Source: Tumidithrix helvetica PCC 7403
Lineage (GTDB): Bacteria; Cyanobacteriota; Cyanobacteriia; Pseudanabaenales; Pseudanabaenaceae
Direction: 5' to 3'
DNA: 64,000 bases
NCBI RefSeq assembly: GCF_965232925.1
Contig: NZ_CBDDRA010000001.1
Location: forward strand, 1-64,000
The notes below the pieces were generated by a model. It did no database searches. It saw nothing but the letters and a program-made list of their open reading frames with translations, and had not been told where the DNA came from. Shown here one piece after another: positions 36,865 through 47,800 of the stretch (the first letter of the stretch is position 1; each line of letters begins with the position of its first letter). Made by a program: the position numbers and the translations under genes.

Positions 36865-38172
36865 TTTACCCAAAACCAAATCTAAATTTCGCTGAGCCTT
36901 TGCCAAGGCTTCCTCTGGGGTACTCTTTTGTAACAGCGTTGCCTCGATCGCTCTGCCCACGCTCTCAGAAATACGCGGATAGTCGGGTGAGAGAGGACGG
37001 GTGCGCCCCGCCGACATTTGTTGCAAAAAGATACTTACCTCTGGTTGTTGCTCGATATATTTGGCATATTCCGCACTCTTCTGCGATTTGAGGTTGGTCG
37101 GTAAATAGCCTGTCTGGCTTGCCCATTCTGTCTGAAATGCTTCGCTCATGACAAACTCGGCAAATTTCCATGCGGCTGCTTCGCGTTCGGGAGAGCTTTT
37201 AAACAAAAACAGATTCTCTCCACCAATGGTAGTTGCCACGATGCGATCGCGTGGAATCGGCATCACGCCAAAATCAATTTTCTTTTTGGTCATAAACCGC
37301 AGCGCCCAAGAGCCGCTGATCTGCATGGCAACTTTCCCCGCGATAAAGTTGTCTTCTTCATAACCGCGCTCGGGCTGAGACAAAATTGCTGCATTTGATT
37401 TCACCAAGTCATCCCAAAGTTTCAGCGCTGTAGTTGCTTCGGGGGTATTTAACTGCGGCAGATCGCCCTTAACCAAATTGCCACCCGCACTCCATAAAAA
37501 GGGCGTCCAGATAAACACCGTAAACTCACCCTTGCCGAGGGGTAAAAAGATGCCGTGGCGATCGATGCGACCATCCCCATCAGTGTCGCGGGTTAGCTGT
37601 TGGGCAACTTGGCGCAACTCATCCCAAGTTTCGGGTAATTTTTTGATGCCCGCCGCCTCAAACAAACTGGGACGATAGTAAATGCCGATATTATTCACTC
37701 CAAACGGCACAGACCACAACCGATCTCTATACTGCATCGTCGGTAGCAGTCCTGGGTCGAGTTCGCTTGCCATAGGCGATCGCTTCAACAGGTCATCCAC
37801 AGGGCGAATGGCATCGAGTTCTACCAGTCGCCCTGTAATCATAGGGGAATACCACAGCAAATCTGGGGTGGCATTGCCGACCACAGCCGATAAAATCTTG
37901 GGAATTTGCTGATCGGGCTGTCCTGCATACACCGACTCCACAAAAATTTGGTTTTGGCTCTGGTTAAAGCGATCGACCAGTTTATTCACCACCTCGCGAT
38001 TGGTGGGCGGATTTACCCCCTGCCAAAACGTGAGATGAATTTTGCCATCTTGGACGGGTGCGCTACAACTTGCGAGTACCAAGCTAAATAGTAAAGCGAT
38101 CGCCCCCAAAGCAAAGCTAAGCAAGCGAAATCTCTCTTTAAAAACCATCAATATTGTGGGAATTCTATCCAT
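36859..38172 (-). CDS. ABC transporter substrate-binding lipoprotein, carbohydrate type
   Basis: A signal peptide with lipobox LASC precedes the family-1 extracellular solute-binding pattern. No permease or ATPase genes are adjacent. Confidence 0.8.
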   Translation of the reverse strand: MDRIPTILMVFKERFRLLSFALGAIALLFSLVLASCSAPVQDGKIHLTFWQGVNPPTNREVVNKLVDRFNQSQNQIFVESVYAGQPDQQIPKILSAVVGNATPDLLWYSPMITGRLVELDAIRPVDDLLKRSPMASELDPGLLPTMQYRDRLWSVPFGVNNIGIYYRPSLFEAAGIKKLPETWDELRQVAQQLTRDTDGDGRIDRHGIFLPLGKGEFTVFIWTPFLWSAGGNLVKGDLPQLNTPEATTALKLWDDLVKSNAAILSQPERGYEEDNFIAGKVAMQISGSWALRFMTKKKIDFGVMPIPRDRIVATTIGGENLFLFKSSPEREAAAWKFAEFVMSEAFQTEWASQTGYLPTNLKSQKSAEYAKYIEQQPEVSIFLQQMSAGRTRPLSPDYPRISESVGRAIEATLLQKSTPEEALAKAQRNLDLVLGKG

Positions 38173-38187
38173 GGGAATTTATAGGCA

Positions 38188-38297
38188 ACTGCCATGCTAT
38201 AGCAATCCTAAATGAGTGCGTAGGGGCAATTCATGAATTGCCCCTACAAGTCTAGGCAGAACAAAGAATCTCTTATGTATCACATAGGATTGTTATA
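38188..38297. repeat. MITE-like palindromic element, family A, copy 2
   Basis: tatagcaatccta ... gtaggggcaattcatgaattgcccctac ... ataggattgttata. Confidence 0.55.
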
Positions 38298-38333
38298 CAA
38301 AAAAGCTGACAGCTAACTGCTAATGGCTCTATC

Positions 38334-38981
38334 CTAACAGCGTGTGGAGATCAGCGCGTAAAACGGATCGCTATTGCCTGCATTTAGCCATGATAGAAAG
38401 CCTGGCATCTGGGTTGTTTGGACGATCGCCTCTGGCTTGGTAAATCCTTGGGGCACGGAGGCAAAATAACTTTTTACCAACTGTAAATGACTGGCATCGG
38501 AACCATCGCGCCAAGCTTGAATTGCCTTTTGGTAAAACATGCGATTGGAGAAGCTGACGATCGCGATCCCACCAGGTTTGAGAATGCGATGGATTTCCGC
38601 AAAGATTGCCTCGGGATATTGGAGATACTGCACCGAGACGGTATTGAGCACCGCATCAAAGCTCCCATCCGCCAAGGGAAGTTGAGGATTTTGGTTGAGA
38701 TCTTGGACAAAGTAGCGATCGAGGCGAGGATTTCGTGCCAATTCCTCTTGGTTTAAACCATGCCCTTCCACATGGGCAAATTCCAAATCATCGGGCAAGT
38801 GCGACACCCAACTGCTCATCAGATCGAGAATCCGCGTCTGAGGGGTTAAGCGATCGCGATACAAATTGGTTAGTTGTTGAATAAAGCCATTGTCAACATG
38901 GGTAACAAAGCGGGGATATTCATAAAATAGCGCATCATCCGAAGTGTCTAATTTTGTGCGTTGATTAGGTTCTAGCTGCAT
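38334..38981 (-). CDS. class I SAM-dependent methyltransferase
   Basis: ILDLMSSW ... DAVLNTVSVQYL...LKPGGIAIV is the Methyltransf_11-type pattern. Confidence 0.8.
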   Translation of the reverse strand: MQLEPNQRTKLDTSDDALFYEYPRFVTHVDNGFIQQLTNLYRDRLTPQTRILDLMSSWVSHLPDDLEFAHVEGHGLNQEELARNPRLDRYFVQDLNQNPQLPLADGSFDAVLNTVSVQYLQYPEAIFAEIHRILKPGGIAIVSFSNRMFYQKAIQAWRDGSDASHLQLVKSYFASVPQGFTKPEAIVQTTQMPGFLSWLNAGNSDPFYALISTRC

Positions 38982-39036
38982 AAAAAGGGCGATTGAAGCA
39001 AGATTACCTTCATCATACTTAGAAATTCCCTAGCTC

Positions 39037-39315
39037 TTATTCATCTCCCACACCTAACAGATTCTCTTTTGAAGTTTTGAGTTGCTGCCATAAAGCCTCG
39101 AGCTGCTGAAATGCTTCATGGGGTGAAATTTTACCACCTGTTTCTAAGGCGGTAATGTAACCAACTCGTTGTGAAAATTCTTGCAAGTTTGCATCAAACA
39201 CCAAATTTTCAGGTGTGCAATAACCAAGGTAGCGACGAGATGGGAACAGAAAATCCAATTTATCTCGCTGAGATTCTTGGGGTTTAGGTGCTTCAAATTC
39301 AAATTCTTCGTCCAT
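39037..39315 (-). CDS. hypothetical protein
   Basis: A 92-aa acidic ORF co-oriented with, and downstream of, the 39343-39561 gene. Confidence 0.45.
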   Translation of the reverse strand: MDEEFEFEAPKPQESQRDKLDFLFPSRRYLGYCTPENLVFDANLQEFSQRVGYITALETGGKISPHEAFQQLEALWQQLKTSKENLLGVGDE

Positions 39316-39342
39316 TGTCGTCCCTCTTGCTCGTGCTTGCGA

Positions 39343-39561
39343 TTAATCTATTGGTTCTATTGAAGCCTCAACCCGTTCAAATTCATGTTCCTCTAAGGAG
39401 ATCAAAATTGTTTCGACAGCGCTATTTGTTCTATCTTCCATCAACTTAACCAACCAACGCCCTGACTCTTCCCTTGCATGGATATACCCATACACACCCT
39501 TGTAGTAAGGGTACTTTACCCTTACGCAATCTCCAACTCTACATATTTGGGATTTAATCAT
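39343..39561 (-). CDS. hypothetical small protein with KOW/SH3-like pattern
   Basis: GDCVRVKYPYYKGVYGYI. Confidence 0.4.
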   Translation of the reverse strand: MIKSQICRVGDCVRVKYPYYKGVYGYIHAREESGRWLVKLMEDRTNSAVETILISLEEHEFERVEASIEPID

Positions 39562-39751
39562 AGCTAAATTAGCTCTTAACTAATCCTTAACCAAAAAACT
39601 AACCGATCTTCAATCTTGCTGTCAATCTGGATCAAACAAAATTGCGGTAGTCTGGGCGAAACGCCCAGACTACCGCACACTTTTCGCAGCTTTCTGAAAC
39701 AGATTCGCTCAACTGGTTTATCGCGTTAACGAACGCCCAAACCAATCGCGC

Positions 39752-40807
39752 TTATACTCCAACTGTTGCCAAAACTGGGCTGGGGACAGTCTTGTTAAAC
39801 AACTGTGCGAGTTGACGAGGGGCGCGATCGCACCAATTACGCTTGCCATAGGCATAGCCAGCGATCAAGGGCACAGCAAGGGTTGCTTCGGCAAATACCA
39901 TCTGTTCGGTGGCGATATCGACCTTGCCCCAAGAATGGGCTTCCCGTAGGGTTGAGCCAGACAATGCGCCATCGCGTTCGTCTGCCACGGTAACTTGAAC
40001 TGCATATTTATGCATGGCAGCCTCAAAACCAAGTAGCTCAGCAGCAACGACTGTGTCTTGGGCAAAGTTTTTAGGAACGCCACCACCGATCATCATCAAA
40101 CCCGTATGGGGTGAAGCGAGCTTGCATTGGGTAAGTTCGCGGAAATCGCGCACAGAGTCAATCGTGACATGGGACTCAGGAGAGTACCACTGATGGTGCA
40201 CCAAGCCAAAGCCAGCCGAGCAATCGCTAAAGGCAGGCACAAAGATTGGGACTTGATGTTCGTAAGCAGCCAACACGACAGAATGACGGTTCTTGGCGTT
40301 TTTATCTAGATAGGCACCCATTTCATAGATAAACTCGCGAGAAGAGTGCGGACGATGGGGAAGAGTTTCAGCAATTTCAGCGATCGTCATGTCGCAAATC
40401 CGCAGCTGATCTTCATCAATGTAGGTGTCGTAGATGCGATCGATGCGTTCTTCGCGCAAAACCTCATCATTGGCAAGAATATCGCCAACGTAATGATGAA
40501 ATCCTAAGGCTTCAAAGAAATCTTGATCGACGATGTTTGCGCCCGTAGACACGATCATGTCTACCATATTGTTTTCGATCAAATCGACAACAACCCCTTT
40601 CAGACCAGCACTAAATAGAGAACCAGCCAAACAAAGAATGATCGCGCAATCTTTGTCTTGAATCATCTGGTCGTAGATTTGAGCTGCACGACCCAAATTT
40701 CTGCCTTGAAAAGCTGTTTGTGCCATGGCATCGACTAAACCGACTACGTCATGAGCCTTGATGTCGATGTGTTTGACGGTTTGGTGCAATAGTTGTGCGC
40801 GCTTCAT
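39752..40807 (-). CDS. deoxyhypusine synthase-like protein
   Basis: A DHS-family NAD-binding pattern is present (GGGVPKNF, ERIDRIYDTYIDEDQL). I preferred the ATG at 40807 (MKRAQLLHQ..., with GAGGG upstream) over the ORF-track start at 40879. Confidence 0.7.
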   Translation of the reverse strand: MKRAQLLHQTVKHIDIKAHDVVGLVDAMAQTAFQGRNLGRAAQIYDQMIQDKDCAIILCLAGSLFSAGLKGVVVDLIENNMVDMIVSTGANIVDQDFFEALGFHHYVGDILANDEVLREERIDRIYDTYIDEDQLRICDMTIAEIAETLPHRPHSSREFIYEMGAYLDKNAKNRHSVVLAAYEHQVPIFVPAFSDCSAGFGLVHHQWYSPESHVTIDSVRDFRELTQCKLASPHTGLMMIGGGVPKNFAQDTVVAAELLGFEAAMHKYAVQVTVADERDGALSGSTLREAHSWGKVDIATEQMVFAEATLAVPLIAGYAYGKRNWCDRAPRQLAQLFNKTVPSPVLATVGV

Positions 40808-41588
40808 GGTTGGTGACCCTCTAAAAAAATAGCTCAAGTAAAATTTTGGACATTGGCATAGAGGCAAACCCTTTGACACAACTCAATTTCAGCATCCGCT
40901 CATCCAGCGATATTTGCTGAGTGAGGTTAGAGCATTTCGCAGCAGTTTGACAGGCAAAGTTTATTGACTCAGGGTTTTACCTAGAGCTAAAAAGTTTGCA
41001 TGGTATTGACATCACAGGTTAAAAGGCACAACTACATCACAAGGTGAGGTATGCAATGTAATTGCGAACTGAGGATGACAAAAACTACAAGACGCTAAAA
41101 TTTTGACGCTGAGAAAAGAGCGTTTAAGAGCAGTTGCTGTCTATTAAAATTTAAAAATTCTTGCCTTCTCACTAGAGAGAAGCGATCGACCTAGGCTGTT
41201 GACTGTAGAATAGCTAGATGGGCTTACAGAGTAGAAACCCAAAAGTATAGTCACAACCCTGATAGTTATCAGGTCGATCAGATTATACTGGGCCCCTCGC
41301 AGGCATCATCCCAAGAAAGTGCAGGATCGGATTGCCTTCTTTCATCTAACTTGATGTTTAGCTGCCAATCGCAGCCAATTATTAAGATTAATTTGTTCAA
41401 TTTTTATACAATAAAAACAACAAGTTAGCTACGATCATAGCACTAGTTTACAAATACAGCAAAATGGCGCTAGAGGATTTATCCCGTTTAGGTTTTACTA
41501 TATGTAGGAAGGCAGTGAGACATAACCCTACTTCTTAAGATTGACGCATCCATAAAAGCACTAAATCGTTAGTTATGAGGGGGTTGTC

Positions 41589-44500
41589 ATGATGACGACA
41601 CAGTTTCGGGAGGCTTTACAAGCATATGCAGAAGAACGGTATGAGGAAGCCATGCGCCAGTTTTCACAGTTACTGTATGAGGATCCGCGCAATCCCAAAC
41701 TACATATTTGGTTAGGTGCTACTTTTCGTAAAGCAGGCAAAATTGAGTATGCCAAGGTTCAGTATCAGCAAGTACTTACCTTAACCGATGACCCTAGCCT
41801 GCTCGAACTCGCGCAGACTTCTCTAACACAAATTCAAAAACAATCTTCAGACGATCAAACTACGATCGCAAAGGCAACCACAGCAAAAGTAGAGCAAACA
41901 TCCGATCGAACAACCGTAATAAAAGCTACTCTGGGAAATCTTCCGAGTAATAACCAAGTAAAGGTGCTTGCTGATATGGGTGCTGCCATCAACCCTAAGA
42001 CAAACGGACAGAAAATAAATACCATGACGACTTCCTCAGAAAGTGTTACTAAAAATGCAAACTCTGTTCCTGTGGATGTGGGATTAAATACGCAAGTGCT
42101 CTCGGTTCCTCCACCTATGCCGCCTCTAATGAAACAACCTCTTAAACCCAATACGCCTACCCCAAAACTGTTTAAAGATCAGCAAACAAAACAAGATCGG
42201 CAGAGCGAGCAGAGCAAAAGTAACCTGTCTAGCCAGCCCCCTCAAAGTCAGCTCGATCAAAACAAGAAAAATAAGAGTAATACCCAGTCATCTGCGGCGG
42301 ATTCGTCCAATCTTTCAGTCAAAATCCAAGAGATTGCCCATCAACCCGATCGCAACGGCGTTAACAAAGGCGTTGACAAAGGTGTTAACAAAGGCGTTAA
42401 CAAAGCAATAGCCTTGGATGATATGGCTGAACCTGCTGAGGAACCATCTCCTCCAATTAAATTTTCCTCGATTAAGCTAAAAATTACGGCTTGGGCGATC
42501 GCTCTGGCAACGATCCCAGCGATCGCGATCGGCATCTCAACCTATCAGTCTGGTAGTGCAAATTTTATCGCGCAGGTTAAGCAAACTAAAGCAGTTGAGG
42601 CAGCCAGTCTTGCTGATACGCTCAGTCGCTTTATGTTGAAACAATATGAAAACGTCAGCCTGCTCAGCACCCTATTTGTCTCAGGAGAAGTCAATAAAAC
42701 CCCACCTGCCAAGCCCCTAACGCCTGCCCAACAAAAACAAGCGATTAAAGATGCGTTAACCAATCGACTCAGCCTCTACAAACAGGCTAATGTAAACTTT
42801 GACAGTATTGCGGTTTTCGATCTTACAGGTAATTTACTGGCTCAGTCGGCAGGTACACCCACGCCCCACACGATCGATAAAGACTTTCTCAAACAAGTCC
42901 TAGCGGCAAATAGCCTCTTAATTAGTAAGCCTATTTTGACCGAGCAGGAATATGCGCTCGCTTTTGCTGTTCCCATTAAAGATCCGACCACACAAAAAGT
43001 GAGCACAATTTTGCAAGCTCGGATGCCGATCAAGAATTTACTAGAAAACCTGAAAGGCTCTGGAGTTAGTAATTTTTCGGTGGTCGATACTACGGGTAAG
43101 TATGTGGTGAGTACGGAGTCAGCTCGAACGGGGACAGATGCCACCGCAGATTTTACAAATTTGGCAGATCTGAGGGCAGATCGTCAGTCGAAAGAAACGA
43201 TTACCAACGAACGTAATTCTAGGTTGCTTGCCTATGCACCCGTACCAAAACTCGCAGCTACAGCCTTAGACTGGGACGTGTTAACCAGCACGGATAAAAA
43301 CAATGTCTTGGCTGCCAATCAAATGCTGCTGCTGGTAGCAGCGATTGGCATTGGTTTGACGCCTTTACTTGTAGGTACGATCGCCTACGCACTCTCAAAC
43401 CAACTCAGCACTCGCCTTAAAAACATCAATGGTGCGATCGATCAAATTTCGAAGGGTAAACTGAGAACGCGCTTGATTGTGACTGGGGATGATGAATTAG
43501 CTGAGCTATCCCTTAGCATCAACAAAATGACTGAGGAGTTTCAGACCATTCTCAAAAATCAGCATAAAGATAACGAGCGACTTCAACATCAGGTTTTACG
43601 ACTCTTCAAGACCCTAGTACAGCTAGCCAAAATTGATGAGACCCATCTAGATGTCTCCGATGAGTCGATCGGTGCCATGGTGAATAAGGTGCAATCTCAT
43701 ATGGCGCGAAAAGAAGCTGAAATCGTTCAGCATCGCCAAGAGAAAGAACTTTTCCACAAGCAATTAATGCAAATGGTTGCTGAGGTAAAGGATCTTTCAA
43801 AAGGAGATTTAACTGTTTCTGCGGGCATGGTTGAAGGAGATATGGCAGAGATCTCTACTTTCTTTAATGGTGTCATTGCAAATCTCAGGCAAATTGTCAG
43901 TCAAGTCAAAACCGCTGCTGCCCAAGTAAACCAATCGTTGGGGCACAATCAACATGCGATAACCCAGCTATCGGGTGAGGCGATCAAACAAGCTGAGCAA
44001 ATTTCACGCACCTTGAACTCCGTCCAACTGATGAATATGTCCGTTCAAACGGTTGTTCGGAACAGCAATCAAGCTACGGAAGTTGCCAATTATGCTTCTA
44101 ACAGCATCCAAGCAGGAAACCAAGCGATCGATTTGACCATGCAAGGGATTTTAAACCTGCGATCGACGGTAACAGCAACAGCCAAAAAAGTGAAGCGTTT
44201 GGGTGAATCATCTCAGCAAATTGCCAAAGTGGTATCGCTGATTAATGAAATTGCCGTACAGACCAACTTTCTGTCGATCAATGCCAGTCTTGAAGCTGCG
44301 CGAGCGGGTGAGCATGGTCAAGGCTTTGCTCTCGTCGCTGAGGAAGTGGGGACACTTGCGGCTAGATCTGCGGCAGCGATCAGAGAGGTCGAGCAGTTGA
44401 TTGGTAGCATTCAAGTTGAAACGAGCGAGGTGATGAATGCAATGGAATTGGGCACAAGCCAAGTTACTGAGGGAACTCAACTAGTTGAAGATGCTCAAAA

Positions 44501-44738
44501 AAGTTTGCAGCAAATTACGGCTGTTTCGCAACAGATTGACGAGCTGGTTAGCTCTATTTCTGATGCCACAGGTTCGCAAGCTCTTACTTCAGAGTGCATC
44601 GCTAACTTGATGAAAGATATTTCCCAGGTGTCTGGACGAACGGTAACCTCATCAACCAAGGTATCTAAGTCTCTGCAAACATCTGTGAAGTTGGCAGAGC
44701 AATTACAAAAATCTGTAGACAGGTTTAAGGTTAGCTAA
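41589..44738 (+). CDS. methyl-accepting chemotaxis protein, PilJ-like, with N-terminal TPR, periplasmic region, HAMP and MCP signalling domain
   Basis: The C-terminal MCP domain reads EIAVQTNFLSINASLEAARAGEHGQGFALVAEEV, and two TM segments are present. Confidence 0.85.
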   Translation: MMTTQFREALQAYAEERYEEAMRQFSQLLYEDPRNPKLHIWLGATFRKAGKIEYAKVQYQQVLTLTDDPSLLELAQTSLTQIQKQSSDDQTTIAKATTAKVEQTSDRTTVIKATLGNLPSNNQVKVLADMGAAINPKTNGQKINTMTTSSESVTKNANSVPVDVGLNTQVLSVPPPMPPLMKQPLKPNTPTPKLFKDQQTKQDRQSEQSKSNLSSQPPQSQLDQNKKNKSNTQSSAADSSNLSVKIQEIAHQPDRNGVNKGVDKGVNKGVNKAIALDDMAEPAEEPSPPIKFSSIKLKITAWAIALATIPAIAIGISTYQSGSANFIAQVKQTKAVEAASLADTLSRFMLKQYENVSLLSTLFVSGEVNKTPPAKPLTPAQQKQAIKDALTNRLSLYKQANVNFDSIAVFDLTGNLLAQSAGTPTPHTIDKDFLKQVLAANSLLISKPILTEQEYALAFAVPIKDPTTQKVSTILQARMPIKNLLENLKGSGVSNFSVVDTTGKYVVSTESARTGTDATADFTNLADLRADRQSKETITNERNSRLLAYAPVPKLAATALDWDVLTSTDKNNVLAANQMLLLVAAIGIGLTPLLVGTIAYALSNQLSTRLKNINGAIDQISKGKLRTRLIVTGDDELAELSLSINKMTEEFQTILKNQHKDNERLQHQVLRLFKTLVQLAKIDETHLDVSDESIGAMVNKVQSHMARKEAEIVQHRQEKELFHKQLMQMVAEVKDLSKGDLTVSAGMVEGDMAEISTFFNGVIANLRQIVSQVKTAAAQVNQSLGHNQHAITQLSGEAIKQAEQISRTLNSVQLMNMSVQTVVRNSNQATEVANYASNSIQAGNQAIDLTMQGILNLRSTVTATAKKVKRLGESSQQIAKVVSLINEIAVQTNFLSINASLEAARAGEHGQGFALVAEEVGTLAARSAAAIREVEQLIGSIQVETSEVMNAMELGTSQVTEGTQLVEDAQKSLQQITAVSQQIDELVSSISDATGSQALTSECIANLMKDISQVSGRTVTSSTKVSKSLQTSVKLAEQLQKSVDRFKVS

Positions 44739-44807
44739 GCACAAAAAATGTTAGGCGTGGGGCAGTCTCCGATTGAAAACACGCCTAAAGGCAAATGGTG
44801 ATTCCCT

Positions 44808-47800
44808 ATGAATAATGCTGAATTTGAGGTAAGACAGATTTTGCTTAAGGAAGCACAAGAACATCTGTTTGCGATTGAAGATAATCTGGCAGGACTAGAG
44901 ACCCAAGCCCTAGATTTTAGAGAAACAATTGATAGTATGCTGCGATCGGCGCACTCTCTAAAAGGAGGAGCATCCTTGATGCAGCTTGATAGTTTGAGTA
45001 GTGCAGCTCACCGCCTTGAAGATGCTCTAAAGTTACTGGACTTTGCCCGACCTAAGTTAACGCAAGAGATTCACACGCTATTTTTACAAGGTATCGAGCA
45101 ATTGCATCAAATTGTGGCGCTCAATCGTCAAGGGGAGTCAGTAGATCGGGCTTGGCTAGCAGAACATATCGATCTTGTCTTCGATCGGCTCCAGCAAAAA
45201 CTGCAAGAGTTTGCGGAGGCTCAGCCTGAAAATGTTGTTGAAGAATTCGTTGACATTTCTGCATTAATCTTTGAAACCGAAGTCGAGAGCCATTTAGAAA
45301 ATCTGGAGGCTTTGCTTGCGTCCCCAGCAACCCTATATCGTTTGGATGATGAGCTTTTAAGCATAGCCACCGATCTAGCCGCTATAGGCAAAATGCTAGC
45401 ATTAGAGAATTTCGTCCAACTGTGTGAATCTGTTTCACAGCATATCAATGCAGGTAAGCATTCTATTCCTATGCTTTCTCAAGTGGCTTTGTCTGCATGG
45501 CGGCGATCGCAAGCTTTAGTCCTGATCGGTAAATCAGAATCAATTCCTAGCAGCATAGAACCAGAATTCACTGATTTAGATAACATCGATCGACCCTACA
45601 TCCATGAAAAGAGCGAAGAGCTTTTTGAGACCGATCTAATTACATGGCTCGATCCCACTGAGGTTAAAGTTCCAGTAGCAAAAACAATTGACAGAGAAAT
45701 CGCACAACCAGCAACTATGGATCCAACTATTATGGAACCAGAAGAATTTTATGATGAGGAAGAAACAGTAATTTTAATTGCTTCATCAGAGGAGTTTATA
45801 TCAGAAGAGGATATGAGCCAAGTGGAATTGTGGGTGGAGGAGGAACGGAGCCCATTCGATCTAGAACAATTGAGGAATTCGGTCGATTTGTTTGATGCAA
45901 TGCATTCCACGGTTGAAACTAACGAGGATTCGAGCTTGTTGTACGCCAATGTTTCCGATCCCTTTTCTGAAGATCGAATCACGATCGCCGATCATAGAAA
46001 TGAATCTCCTCAAGAAGTTGAATCTGTAGCAGATGAGGCGATAGAAACTAAATCAGCAGAAGCAGGAATTATTGAATGCAGACCAGAAAGAATTGAAGTT
46101 GTTGTTGCTGACTCCGATCGAGAGCCAAAAATATGTTATGAAGAGAATGAAATATTCTCATCGGATCCATCTTTAGAAGAAAATCTCGTTGAGGAATTTC
46201 CTCCTGAATATTCAGATGAAGAGCAGATTGCATCACCTGTAACTGCTTTAGCAGATGTGGAGGCTGAGAATTATCGCGAAGAAGCTTTGCTGGAAAAAGA
46301 TGCGATCGATCGCGATTTGATTGACGTGGGACAAATTACTCACTATCAAGAGATGTTTCTCGACAATGAAGTAGAAATATCAGAGATTTTTACCCATGAA
46401 ACCTCTGAGGAAGATTTCCAGCAGGATAAGGGCACGACCTCTAATTCTGGATTCTTGAGGAGCCTTGATACTTTTCCTGGAAGTAAGTCAGCAATTCCTA
46501 ACACAGGATCGCAAACATTTGATGACAGTTTAGGACAGACACCGATATCTAGCCTGATAGATCCTGACTTGATTGAGCCCGACTTGATTGAAATGGATGA
46601 AGCGTTCTGGGATGGGCTAGATCGAATGCTCGACCGTGCTGATATTCCTCAGAATGGTGGGAATTTCTTGGTGGATTGGAATTCCGAGTCATCTTCACTG
46701 CCTTCTGAGCCTATTACTGTATCCACGCTTGCTCAGACCAGCTACCAATCCCTTGAGGACAATCTTTCTAGTTCCGAGATTTATCAACCGAAACTTACTG
46801 AGAATGAGGTTCAAGTTCCTTTAGACCAAACACATCCTGAATCAGATCGAGTAGAAGAATTAGCGATCGCTAAACCTGAAGTGGCTTTAACCTTCCATAC
46901 GGATATAGCTCCCGAAGCTATTGATGCAGTCATTGATGCGAACTATGATGCCTTTGAAGATATAAATTTAGCCAAAGATATCGATCTGTCTGGGAATATA
47001 ACCGAACCAACTTCTTATGGAGTATCAATTTATCCCAAAAGCACGAATGTCAGATTGCCAGTAAGTCAGCTAGAAAATCTCTCTCGACTTGCTGATGGAC
47101 TTGTAATCAGTAAAAGCAATCTAGATATGCAGTTGTCCCGTTTAAAAGAACTGTCTCGGGCTCTACAGCGTAATATTCGCAATTTAGATGACTCGCAAGA
47201 TGAGCTTCATGCAATCTATAGCCAAGCTATTAATCAACTAGATGCCAAAAACAAAGAGAACCTACTGAATGAATCAACATATCGAGAGTCGAATGGAGGT
47301 GGTGTTTCTACTTCTGTAATACGCCTTAATTACACAAAAACACCACTCCGCGATCGCTCGAGTCAGTTACTTGCCTTGGCACAGTCCGTTACGGAAGCAA
47401 TTAGCCAACTTGAGGAAACTTCAGAAGGAATTCATCTAACCCTATTGGAAGCCGAACAAGAATCAGCTAGTGTTGGGCATGAATTTAGTCAATTGGTGAC
47501 TAGCATTAACTATGCCAAGATACAACCCTTCTCAGATTTAGTGAGTCGGTTTCCGAAAATTCTACACAATTTGTCTTTACAGTATGGCAAACAGGTAGAA
47601 CTTAGTATCAAAGGCGGGGAAACACTCATCGAACGTGCGATCGCTGATGCTTTAGTCGATCCACTCCAGCATTTAATTCGTAACGCTTTCGATCATGGCA
47701 TTGAAGATATGGCGACACGTAGAGCCCGAGGTAAGCAAGAGCGTGGCAATATTGAGATTACTGCGAGTCAATCCGCAGGAAGAATCTTGATTACAGTTCG

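Noticed and set aside
40880-41588. Searched the 709-bp leader upstream of the MCP for an ORF, riboswitch or tRNA
   Set aside because: I could recognise no ORF of at least 40 codons with an RBS, nor any conserved riboswitch or tRNA structure. I left it as a note under the chemosensory finding.
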